From: Deltaproteobacteria bacterium
GTDB lineage: Bacteria > Myxococcota > Myxococcia > Myxococcales > SZAS-1
DNA: 64,000 nucleotides
Direction: 5' to 3'
NCBI GenBank assembly: GCA_018266075.1
Contig: JAFEBB010000038.1
Location: 1-64,000 of the forward strand
Positions 56,270 through 64,000 of the stretch are shown in pieces. The notes under the pieces were generated by a model. The model was not told the origin of the DNA, did no database searches, and saw only the letters and a list, made by a program, of their open reading frames with translations. Within the stretch, counting starts at the first letter, position 1; every line of letters starts with the position of its first letter. The position numbers and the translations under genes are program-made.

Positions 56270-56782
56270 TCATTTCACCACTTTCGGCGGCTCAGCTTCG
56301 CTGAGCGGGAACTGGCGGGCGTCGGCGATCAGCCAGCGCCCGCCTTTTTTCACCACCGTCGCGAGGTCCTGCAGGCGCACCGTCTGCGGCTTGCCGTCGT
56401 CGCCTTCAACATTGGCCATCTCGTGGTCGAGGTCGATGAACGCGACGTCGGACTTGAGGAAGTGCACCGTCCGCACCGTGAGCTTGAGGGTCGCGGCCTT
56501 GAGCCCGGTCGAGAACTGACGCGTCCAGTGCGCCTCGGCCGTGGCCAGGTCCTCGGGCGGCTCGTCGCGTGAGCCGCCGACGACGAAATCCGGTGAACAG
56601 AGCGCCGCCAGCGCCTTCGCGCGCGCGCTCGGCGGCCCGGGCTGATTGAACGCCGCTTCGAAGTCCGCGAGCAGCTTCTGAATCCCGGGATCGTCGCTTT
56701 TCGCTTGAGACGGGCCGACCTGCGAGAGGCCCAGGCCAGCCAAAAGTGTCAGGACCAGCTTCGTTCGAAGCGCGATCGCCAT
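56270..56782 (-). CDS. hypothetical secreted protein (possibly SnoaL/NTF2-like)
   Basis: Signal peptide MAIALRTKLVLTLLAGLGLSQ. The start is taken at the internal Met. Confidence 0.4.
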   Translation of the reverse strand: MAIALRTKLVLTLLAGLGLSQVGPSQAKSDDPGIQKLLADFEAAFNQPGPPSARAKALAALCSPDFVVGGSRDEPPEDLATAEAHWTRQFSTGLKAATLKLTVRTVHFLKSDVAFIDLDHEMANVEGDDGKPQTVRLQDLATVVKKGGRWLIADARQFPLSEAEPPKVVK

Positions 56783-57374
56783 TCGATTCCCCCGGCGCAG
56801 GGTGAGCGGCCAATGCAATCGACGTGCAACGCGACCCACACACCTCGTGCGACCTCGCTTGACGCGATCCGACGAGAAAACTCGCGTTCTCGAACTTCAC
56901 AGTGGTTCCGCGGATGAAACGCGAATCGGAGTGGAGCGGTCTGGTGGTCTTCGCGCGCGCGTCACGCGTGGCGGCATCCGTCGCCTGACGTCAGACGTTC
57001 ATCGCGCCGACGTTGAAGCTCGGTCGTACTTGGCAATTTGAGGTTCGAGTCGCGCGGACGAACACGACCATCCATCGTGTGCGCAGGCTGCGAGCGCACA
57101 TCCGTCGACGGGCGGGCACACGCCCGCCGCGCAGGGGATACGCACGACCGCGGCGTCGGTTTCGGTCGCAAGAAAGAGCCAAACACCAGCTCTCGATTGC
57201 CACGCCGCGGCTATCGAGTGTCGCGTTGGGCTTTCACCGACTGCGAGTGAAACCCTGTCGCGCCCGGCCACGCGCCCCTCATCTAAGGCGAATCGATTTT
57301 CGGCCGGGCCCGAGAAGTGCAGAGACGCCGGACCTCAACCGCCGCGCAATCATGCGCGAGGGCCGGGAGGGGGA

Positions 57375-59162
57375 ATGGAGACGTCGACGCCAGTTGGGAC
57401 GTGGTACCTCGTCGCGCAGGGTGAACGCCTGGAGCTCACGATTCATCCGGTCGCGAGCGGGTTCACGGGAAGCATCCGGCCCGAGGGCGGCGCACCCGAG
57501 CCGGTCGACGCCATCCAATGGGACGCCGGCGGCTGCTGGCTCGAGTTTCGCCGCACCGGGCCGGCCTTCGTGCAGTGGTTCCGCGCCTGCGTCACGGAAG
57601 GCGTGATGGCCGGGCGGTTCTCGTACGCCACGACCTCGGCTCGACCGGCGCTCACCGACTTCACCGAGCACGTCACCGGCTGGAGTCCCGAGGGCCTCGA
57701 CACGGACATCGTCCCGCGCACCTGGAACGTGACCATCGAAGGCACCGTCCAGGCGGTGCTGCGCATCGATCGCGACGCGAGAGGAGCCGTCGTGGGCCGC
57801 CTCAAGGTGTTCGCAGATACGTCGAAGCCGACGCCGCTCTGCGAAGAGCTCGAAGAGGACCTCGCCTCGATCGCTTGGGACGGCACGCACCTCGCCTTCA
57901 CGCGCGCGAACCAGACGTTCCGCGGCACCTGCCACGGGCGCTTCATCCGCGGCAGCTTCACGACCGAAGAAGGTGCGAGCAAGCCGTGGTCGGGCGCTCG
58001 TGCTCAAGTCCTCGGCTTCGGGCTCGGCTCGCGCCTGGCGCAGCGCGATGCGTGGCAGCAGGCCACGCGCGCGCGCATCGTCAACCTCACCGAGGGGATG
58101 AGGTTGGCCGGCGCGAGCCAGCCCGCGGTCGGGGTCGTCGACGAGGGCGCAGTGGAGCCCTTCCGGGGCGGCTATCCCCCGGAGCGCGACGATGCGCCCA
58201 ACCTCTGGCCCCCGCGCTACGCGCTCCGGAAGCTGCAGTTCTCGGTCTCGCCGGGCAGCCGCTTCGACCCGGACAGCCCGCCGCTGCCGCGCGTCTTCAG
58301 CGGGCTCCTGGCGACGCCCACGGGGCCGGTGCCGCTCGGCGGCTTTCGGGCGGTGGTGGTGGTCAATGGCCATGGCGGCAGCGCCCAGCAGGTGATGACC
58401 TCGAGCGATCCCCGCTACTGGTACGGCGACTCGGCCGCGCGGCGCGACCTGGTGGTGCTCGCCATCGACATCGGCCACCGGCCGCGCTGGGACACGCCGC
58501 CCATCGTCCACCGCGCGATCGTCGACCACGGCTATGCCGACTCGAACTGGGAAGAGGACGGCGAGCGGGCCTTCAGCGTGCGCTGCGCCATCGACTGGCT
58601 GCTCTCGCAACCGAACGTCCGCAAGGACCGGCTCTTCATGATGGGCCACGCGCTCGGCGGCGAGGTGACGGCCATCGTCAGCGGGCTCGATCCGCGCGTG
58701 CAGATGGCGGTGGTCGCGGGCTTCTCCTCGGACCTGCACGTGATGGATCTCAAGGGAAACCACCCCTGCTACCGCTGGGACCACGCGGACATCCACGAGT
58801 ACCTCGACGTGTCCGATTGGCAGGCGCTGATCGCGCCGCGGCTGCTGGTGGTGGAGACGGGCATCGCCGACGGCACCTGCTCGGCGCGCCAGCCGCCGTT
58901 CTCGGCCGACAAGCAGGTCACGCGGCGCGCACGCGAGGCGTACGGTCCGAGCGCCGAGAACGTCATTCACTATCTCCACTCGGGTGCGAGTCAGTTTCGC
59001 GTGGGCGGAAGCAATCCGAGTGAGCCGCGGCGACCGGAGGGCGTGCTCGCGGCGAACGTGATCGCTCCGCGTGCGCCGGGTGATCAGAGCTGGCAGACCG
59101 ACCGAAGCACGAGCCTGCGAAGCCCGTCGGTGTTTCACCTGCTGAATCAGTTCTTCATCTAG
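57375..59162 (+). CDS. alpha/beta-hydrolase-like protein (nucleophile elbow reads GHALGG)
   Basis: Natural, non-repetitive composition. Hydrolase-like core (VVVVNGHGG…LFMMGHALGGE). The overlapping 816-aa antisense ORF is rejected as Arg/Ala-rich run-on. Confidence 0.55.
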   Translation: METSTPVGTWYLVAQGERLELTIHPVASGFTGSIRPEGGAPEPVDAIQWDAGGCWLEFRRTGPAFVQWFRACVTEGVMAGRFSYATTSARPALTDFTEHVTGWSPEGLDTDIVPRTWNVTIEGTVQAVLRIDRDARGAVVGRLKVFADTSKPTPLCEELEEDLASIAWDGTHLAFTRANQTFRGTCHGRFIRGSFTTEEGASKPWSGARAQVLGFGLGSRLAQRDAWQQATRARIVNLTEGMRLAGASQPAVGVVDEGAVEPFRGGYPPERDDAPNLWPPRYALRKLQFSVSPGSRFDPDSPPLPRVFSGLLATPTGPVPLGGFRAVVVVNGHGGSAQQVMTSSDPRYWYGDSAARRDLVVLAIDIGHRPRWDTPPIVHRAIVDHGYADSNWEEDGERAFSVRCAIDWLLSQPNVRKDRLFMMGHALGGEVTAIVSGLDPRVQMAVVAGFSSDLHVMDLKGNHPCYRWDHADIHEYLDVSDWQALIAPRLLVVETGIADGTCSARQPPFSADKQVTRRAREAYGPSAENVIHYLHSGASQFRVGGSNPSEPRRPEGVLAANVIAPRAPGDQSWQTDRSTSLRSPSVFHLLNQFFI

Positions 59163-59478
59163 CTCGTCCTCGAACGACCCACGACCCGCGACCCACGGCC
59201 CGCGATGGGGCTGCTGGGTCGCGTTCGTCCGCGCTGCCGAACACGCGCGCGCCTTCGAACGCACGAACCCACCAGCCACGAGCGGGCGCCCCACTTGGCA
59301 CTCCGCGCTGGCAGTAACCCTGGCGTGAGCGCGGACGTCTACGACTCTGGGCAAGCGTCGACCGAAGGACGTTCTCGCACCCTCTCGTGCCCGTCGGACA
59401 CGTCCGAAAATCCCCGTTTGACCGCGATTGCCCGCTTGAATTTCAGGGACTTGCGATCGAACTGACGACGAGCGGACA

Positions 59479-60696
59479 ATGTCACCGAGCGTGAAACCAA
59501 CCGGAGCGAGCATGCCGACCACCGTCGCCTCTGCGCTGTCGAAGGGAACCGCTCGGGAAGCCGCCGCGTCGCTGGCCAAGGACCTCAGCCAGAAGCTGGG
59601 TGGCGCCAAGCCGGCCTTCGCCATCGCGTTCGCCTCGACCGCGCAGCCGCTCGACCAGCTCATGCCGGCGCTGCGCGAGGCCCTGGGCGCGCCGGTGTGG
59701 CTCGGCATCTCGACTGCGGGCGAGTTCACCGAGGGCGGCGACGTGAAGGGCGCCGTGGCGGCGCTGGCCGTCGCAGGCGACTACGCGGTGCGCGCCGGGA
59801 TGGGCAAGAACCTCAAGGCCGATCCGGTGGGCGCAGTGACCACGGCGGCGGCGGCGCTGCCTGCGTCGCTGCCCGGCTACGCGCACCGCACGGTGCTCAT
59901 GCTCGTGGATCCGCTCTCGGGTCGCGGCGAAGAGGCGGTGCTGGTGGCTGCGGGCATCCTCGGCGACTCCGCGCGCCTCGCGGGCGGCGCGGCCGGCGAC
60001 GACCTGGCGATGAAGTCGACGCACGTGGCCCTCGACGGCACCGTGGCCTCCGACGCGGTGGTGCTCGCGGCCATCTACTCCCACAAGCCGCTGGGCGTCG
60101 GTGTTCAGCACGGGCACCTCCCCGTCTCGCGGCCGCTCAAGGTCACCAAGGCCTCGGGCAGCACGGTGAGCACCATCGAGGGCCGCCCGGCCTGGGACGT
60201 GTGGGTCGAGGCCACCAAGGACGCGGCCACCAAGGCGGGCATCGACGCCAACAAGCTCCCCGCAGCCGACGTCGGCGCGTTCCTGCTGCGCTACGAGGCC
60301 GGCCTGGCCACGGGCTCGACGTTCAAGATCCGCGCGCCGCTCTCCAAGGCCGCCGACGGCTCGCTCAGCTTCGCCTGCGGCGTGCCCGAGGGCTCTGTCA
60401 TCCAGATCACCGAGAGCGAGCCTGGGCGCCAGGTCTCCAGCGCCCGCGAGGCCGCGCGCCGCGCGCGTGCACAGATGGGCGGCGGCGCGTGCGCCGGGGC
60501 CATCGTCTTCGACTGCATCTGCCGCAACCTCATCCTCGGCAACCGCTTCGCCGACGCGGTGAGCGCCATGGGCAGCGAGCTCGGGGGAGCTCCGTTCGCC
60601 GGCTTCGAGACCTACGGTGAGATCGCGCTGGACGCGGGCGAGCTCTCCGGGTTCCACAACACCACCACGGTGGTGCTCACCTTCCCCCGAGACTGA
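59479..60696 (+). CDS. FIST domain protein
   Basis: FIST_N/FIST_C-like architecture (AFAIAFAS…GISTAGEF…; C-terminal GAIVFDCICRN…FAGFETYGEI). The start may be at 59512. Confidence 0.65.
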   Translation: MSPSVKPTGASMPTTVASALSKGTAREAAASLAKDLSQKLGGAKPAFAIAFASTAQPLDQLMPALREALGAPVWLGISTAGEFTEGGDVKGAVAALAVAGDYAVRAGMGKNLKADPVGAVTTAAAALPASLPGYAHRTVLMLVDPLSGRGEEAVLVAAGILGDSARLAGGAAGDDLAMKSTHVALDGTVASDAVVLAAIYSHKPLGVGVQHGHLPVSRPLKVTKASGSTVSTIEGRPAWDVWVEATKDAATKAGIDANKLPAADVGAFLLRYEAGLATGSTFKIRAPLSKAADGSLSFACGVPEGSVIQITESEPGRQVSSAREAARRARAQMGGGACAGAIVFDCICRNLILGNRFADAVSAMGSELGGAPFAGFETYGEIALDAGELSGFHNTTTVVLTFPRD

Positions 60697-60699
60697 TCC

Positions 60700-60921
60700 T
60701 TGGCTGTTGCGTACGACGAACTGGTCCGGCTCCTGGGAGCCACGGTGGGCGACGCCAAGGCGGCCGACGCCATCGGCGAGGCGGCCCGCTCGCTGGGGCT
60801 GATGGGGAGCAGCTACGAGCAGGCCCAGGCGCTGCAGATCCTGGACAAGCTCGGCGCGAACGCGGACATCGTGGGCATCGCCGCCCGCCTGGTGCGCGTG
60901 CGCCTGGTGCTGGCCAAGTAA
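60700..60921 (+). CDS. small hypothetical protein (73 aa) following the FIST gene
   Basis: Starts 4 nt after the FIST stop. Ends at the TAA of an AT-rich palindromic junction. Confidence 0.4.
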   Translation: MAVAYDELVRLLGATVGDAKAADAIGEAARSLGLMGSSYEQAQALQILDKLGANADIVGIAARLVRVRLVLAK

Positions 60922-60930
60922 CAAAAATGT

Positions 60931-61758
60931 TTAGCCCCTGAAGAGCTGACGCTCGTGCCGGAGCAGCCCGAGCGCCCGTGCGCGCGCCAGGCGCTGCTCG
61001 GGGATGCGATCCGGCAGCGCCTCCACGTCGAGGTGCAGCGCGGCCTCCAGCGCGGCGTGGAAGAGCGCACGGTCCTGGGCCTTCACCGCGTAGCGCGCGG
61101 CGAGCTCCACCCGCGGCGCGAGATCCAGCGGAGCTGCGGCGATGGCCCGCTCGAGCTCGAAGCGCGCCGCCTCGAGGTCGCCGCCGGCCAGCGGAGGCAG
61201 CGCGGCCAATGCCGAGCCGCGCACGCGCCGGAACACGGCGTCGTCGAAGTCGGGCGAGAGCGCCTCGCCGCGCGTGGCCACGGCCAGCGCCTCCTTGAGC
61301 AGCGCGCTCGCGGGCACCGGCTTGCGCCAGCCGGCGAGCGCGAGGTCTGCCTGGGCGAGCTCCGCCAGCGCGGGCAGGCTCTCCGGCCCCGCAGCCGCCA
61401 GCGACGATGCGTCGCCGAGCAGGAACTTCACGGATGCGCCGGGCTGAAGTCCGTCCCAGGCCTCGAGCGCACGCGTCCGCGCCGCTTCGAGATCGGCGAT
61501 GCCCTGCTCGCGCTTGAGCGGACGATGACGGAGCTCGAAGGCCTGGGCGCGGAAGCGATGCGCGCGCGCGCCGAGCAATCGCGCCTCGGGCCCGGTGAGA
61601 AAGTCGAGCTGGGCGATGGCTTGATCGAGCGACACCGGATCGAGCCGCTTCTCGAAGAGTGCGCGCGGCGCCGCGAGCGGATCCGGTGGCGGACCCGCGT
61701 CGACGGGCGCAGCCGGCGCTGGCGCCTGGCCCAGCGCGAGGAGGAGCAGGAGCAGCAC
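60931..61758 (-). CDS. hypothetical secreted protein
   Basis: Signal peptide MLLLLLLALGQAPAPA. Helical composition. Its TAA stop lies in the AT-rich junction at 60931. Confidence 0.4.
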   Translation of the reverse strand: MLLLLLLALGQAPAPAAPVDAGPPPDPLAAPRALFEKRLDPVSLDQAIAQLDFLTGPEARLLGARAHRFRAQAFELRHRPLKREQGIADLEAARTRALEAWDGLQPGASVKFLLGDASSLAAAGPESLPALAELAQADLALAGWRKPVPASALLKEALAVATRGEALSPDFDDAVFRRVRGSALAALPPLAGGDLEAARFELERAIAAAPLDLAPRVELAARYAVKAQDRALFHAALEAALHLDVEALPDRIPEQRLARARALGLLRHERQLFRG

Positions 61759-62844
61759 TCAGCGTCCCGACGGAAGATCCAGCACCGTGAGCAGCCCGGG
61801 CTCGGAGCGCACCACGCTGGGCACGCAATTCACCACCGCCCACGCGGTCGCGGCCTCGCCGGGCATGCCGCCCTCGATGCGCAGGTCCACGTTGGGCTCG
61901 CCCTCGATGTGGATGTGATCGCCCGCGGGCTCGGCGCCGGCGGCAATCGTCAGCTCGAGCCGCACCACCTCGCGCCCCTCGGAGAAGCCGCGCGCGCTCT
62001 GGTACACGCCCGCGACCTGGCCCGCCTTCACCGGCACCACGCCCGGCACGTCCTCTTCAGCGATGACGGGCGCGAGCTCTTCTTCCACCTCGTCGCAGTC
62101 GAGCCCGAGCCCGAGCGCCGCGAGCGCGCAGCTCTCGGCCAGGCCCACGTGGCCGATCTCGTCGCGCTCGGCGCGGGCGTCGAACGCGTCCTCGGAAAGT
62201 CCCGCGCCGACCTTCTGCAGCAAGGCGTTCCGACGATTGCGCGCGTCCACCACGCGCTCCGCTTGCACGCGCACGATCTTGCCGGTGCACGCGCCGGCTG
62301 CAGCCACGAGCCGATCGAGCACGAAGCCCGGATTCACGCCGGTGCCCACGGCGCACACGTTCGCGCGGCGCGCGGCGGCGTCGATGCGATCGGCGATCTC
62401 GTCGTGGTACAGCCACGGGTACGCCAGCTCCTCGCAGCTCGAGACGACGTGCAGCCCGGCCTTGAACGCGGCCTCGAGCTGCGGCGCGATCTCGTCGACG
62501 CGCGAGGTGGTGGCGATGAGCAACACACCGCCGCGAAGCTTGCTCTGGATCGACGCGAGATCCCGCGCGACGGTGAGATCGATCGTCGGATCGTCGAGCA
62601 GCGCGCCGAGCGGCTTGCCCACCAGGTTCGAGTCGCGGTCGAGCGCGCCCACCAGCTCCAGCCTCGGGTGCGCGCGCGCGGCGAGCGCAATCTGCCGGCC
62701 CACGTGGCCCAGGCCTAGCACGGCCACGGGGATGATCCGCTCGTCGTCGGCGCCCTGTCGCTGCGGCCGCTCGCGCTCGCGGGGCGGAGGCGCAGACTTT
62801 GGGCGCTTGTCGCCGCCGCGTGCATTGGGGTGAGGCCGAGCCAT
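61759..62844 (-). CDS. dihydrodipicolinate-reductase-like NAD(P)-binding dehydrogenase (DapB_N fold)
   Basis: N-terminal Rossmann fold VAVLGLGHVGRQIA. DapB-like architecture. The start is taken at MARPHP. The track ORF's upstream 358 codons are Ala/Arg-rich run-on. Confidence 0.6.
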   Translation of the reverse strand: MARPHPNARGGDKRPKSAPPPRERERPQRQGADDERIIPVAVLGLGHVGRQIALAARAHPRLELVGALDRDSNLVGKPLGALLDDPTIDLTVARDLASIQSKLRGGVLLIATTSRVDEIAPQLEAAFKAGLHVVSSCEELAYPWLYHDEIADRIDAAARRANVCAVGTGVNPGFVLDRLVAAAGACTGKIVRVQAERVVDARNRRNALLQKVGAGLSEDAFDARAERDEIGHVGLAESCALAALGLGLDCDEVEEELAPVIAEEDVPGVVPVKAGQVAGVYQSARGFSEGREVVRLELTIAAGAEPAGDHIHIEGEPNVDLRIEGGMPGEAATAWAVVNCVPSVVRSEPGLLTVLDLPSGR

Positions 62845-62922
62845 GCAAACCCTCCGGGTGTCGCCGTGCGCGGCATTGTGCCAAAGCCTCGCCCTTCGCG
62901 CGCCGAGAAGTGACGGCGAGGC

Positions 62923-63309
62923 GTGGCTGGCAACGTTCCGGCGCGCTATCGTCGAACGGACGTGGAGGCCGCCTTGGCAATCAAGAACACCAACGAGCGC
63001 TTCAACAACCAGTTCGCCGAGGACGTGGCGGAGATGCGGCTGCGCATGCAGCTCATGCTCGACGCCATCAACGCGCTCGACACCGCCATGCGCGGCACCT
63101 TCGAGCTGCTCATCGACCAGGGCATGCTCCCGCCCGAGGCCGCGGGCATCAAGCAGTACACGAAGATGATGGACCAGCTCCGCAAGCTGGGCCTGAAGGC
63201 CGAGCGGGTGCAGGTCAAGGTCCAGAGCCAGTGCCCCAACTGCAAGACCAACCTCCGCATCGCCGGCAACCCGGGCGAGCGGTGCGAGTGGTGCGGGTAC
63301 GAGTTCTAG
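62923..63309 (+). CDS. small protein with C-terminal zinc-ribbon (CPNC…CEWC)
   Basis: Natural composition. Four Cys in two CxxC pairs at the C-terminus. Confidence 0.5.
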   Translation: MAGNVPARYRRTDVEAALAIKNTNERFNNQFAEDVAEMRLRMQLMLDAINALDTAMRGTFELLIDQGMLPPEAAGIKQYTKMMDQLRKLGLKAERVQVKVQSQCPNCKTNLRIAGNPGERCEWCGYEF

Positions 63310-63318
63310 CCTCACGCG

Positions 63319-64000
63319 ATGGCGCCGCGTCTCCAGCTGCCCCGCGCGGTGCCCAAGACGGTGCCCTTGGCCATCGCCGCGCTGATTCTGCTGGCGCTGA
63401 TCGTCTTCAACACCTCGCCGGTTCCGCCGCCGGCCCCCGCCAAGCCCCCGACGCCGGCGCTCAGCGGATGGACGCCGCCGCTGCCCTCGCCCGCCGGCCC
63501 GACCAAACCTTCGCCGCGCTTCTGCGACCGCGACCAGACCTGCGACGGCGGCGCGTGCCTCGACGGTCGCTGCGGCGGCGAGGCCACGTCGAGCTGTCAG
63601 GACGACGCGGATTGTCCGGACGGGCGCTGCCTCGCCGACGGCTGCGAGGTCGGCGCGCGCGAGTGCGACCATGACAGCGATTGTGGCTTGGGCATGCGCT
63701 GCGACCGCGGCTGGTGCCTCGAGGGCAGCCGGACGTGCGTCGACGACGACGGCTGCGCGCGCTTCGAGCGCTGCGCGGCGGGCCGCTGCATGGCAGGCGT
63801 TCGCGACTGCGCGCGCGACGGCGACTGCGGCGTGGGCAACACGTGCAACCTGGGCGCGTGCGAGCCGGGCGCGACGGGCGACGGCATGCTCGCCTGCCAC
63901 AACGACCGCCCGTGCCACGAGGGCCGCTGCGTGCGCGGCGCCTGTCAGCCTGGCTTGCGCGAGTGCCTCGACGCGCGCGACTGCCCGCCGGGGCTCGCTT
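63319..64000 (+). CDS. Cys-rich repeat membrane-anchored protein (partial; runs off the window end)
   Basis: ATG followed by a TM/signal anchor (LAIAALILLALIVF), a Pro-rich linker, then repeated CxDGxC / CxxGxC modules (CLDGRCGGE, CPDGRCLADGC, CGLGMRCDRGWC). Confidence 0.55.
   Translation, partial: MAPRLQLPRAVPKTVPLAIAALILLALIVFNTSPVPPPAPAKPPTPALSGWTPPLPSPAGPTKPSPRFCDRDQTCDGGACLDGRCGGEATSSCQDDADCPDGRCLADGCEVGARECDHDSDCGLGMRCDRGWCLEGSRTCVDDDGCARFERCAAGRCMAGVRDCARDGDCGVGNTCNLGACEPGATGDGMLACHNDRPCHEGRCVRGACQPGLRECLDARDCPPGLA

Noticed and set aside
59296-59313. TGGCAC-N7-TGGCA as a σ54 promoter upstream of the FIST gene
   Set aside because: The GG-to-GC spacing is not the canonical 10 nt. It is kept only as a remark.
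57279-59729. 816-aa minus-strand ORF
   Set aside because: It overlaps the plus-strand 595-aa hydrolase-like ORF, which has natural amino-acid composition. The minus frame is Arg/Ala-rich with no motifs.
61759-63918. 719-aa minus ORF (full length)
   Set aside because: Only the C-terminal 361 aa (61759..62844) form a DapB-like Rossmann protein. The upstream part is Ala/Arg low-complexity and is antisense to the zinc-ribbon and Cys-rich repeat genes.

Overview
This is a 64 kb, roughly 70% GC, densely coded chromosomal segment. By gene content it most resembles a myxobacterium, though that is an inference: it carries many secreted and lipoprotein genes, Cys-rich repeat proteins, σ54 and response-regulator signalling genes, a Ser/Thr kinase and a DUF1501/DUF1553 pair. 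I call about 60 CDS and reject most of the six-frame track as antisense or run-on ORFs typical of high-GC DNA. I found no rRNA, tRNA, CRISPR array or obvious transposase.

The main blocks are:
- 5.5–9.4 kb: RNase II/R-family nuclease, a 301-aa kinase-domain-only Ser/Thr kinase, a TPR protein and signal peptidase I.
- 10.0–14.96 kb: a plus-strand operon of lipase-like lipoprotein, PEGA lipoprotein, Rieske protein, MoaB/MogA with a His-rich N-terminal tail, a TIGR02757-like protein and a GNAT acetyltransferase.
- 14.96–23.2 kb: an 8.2 kb segment bracketed by two 18/20-identical AT-rich palindromic 20-mers. It holds a minus-strand operon (GT4 glycosyltransferase, a clear bacterial Major Vault Protein homolog, SDR, a DAC/DisA_N-domain protein with altered catalytic motifs, a small membrane protein) plus a large secreted β-propeller protein.
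- 27–33 kb: a CheY-like receiver, then a minus-strand run of phosphoribosyltransferase, SelB and a σ54 NtrC-type regulator, then an outer-membrane protein and asd.
- 34–43 kb: hydrolases, DJ-1, a Planctomycete-type DUF1501/DUF1553 pair, MoaA, an HD-GYP response regulator and a ThiO-like oxidase.
- 43.6–56.3 kb: a Wzx/Wzy-type polysaccharide cluster with two Wzy-like proteins, a Wzz-like protein, Wzx, GT2, GT4 and a GT-C-like membrane transferase, two FkbM and one class-I methyltransferase, and DedA.
- 57–64 kb: an α/β-hydrolase-like protein, a FIST-domain protein, a DapB-like reductase, a zinc-ribbon protein and a second Cys-rich repeat protein.

The most notable items are the bacterial MVP and its operon, the paired AT-rich 20-mers that supply stop codons to converging genes, AT-rich rare-codon patches inside genes, the His-rich MoaB, and the SelB–σ54-regulator linkage.

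All annotations come from reading motifs by eye; no database search was possible.
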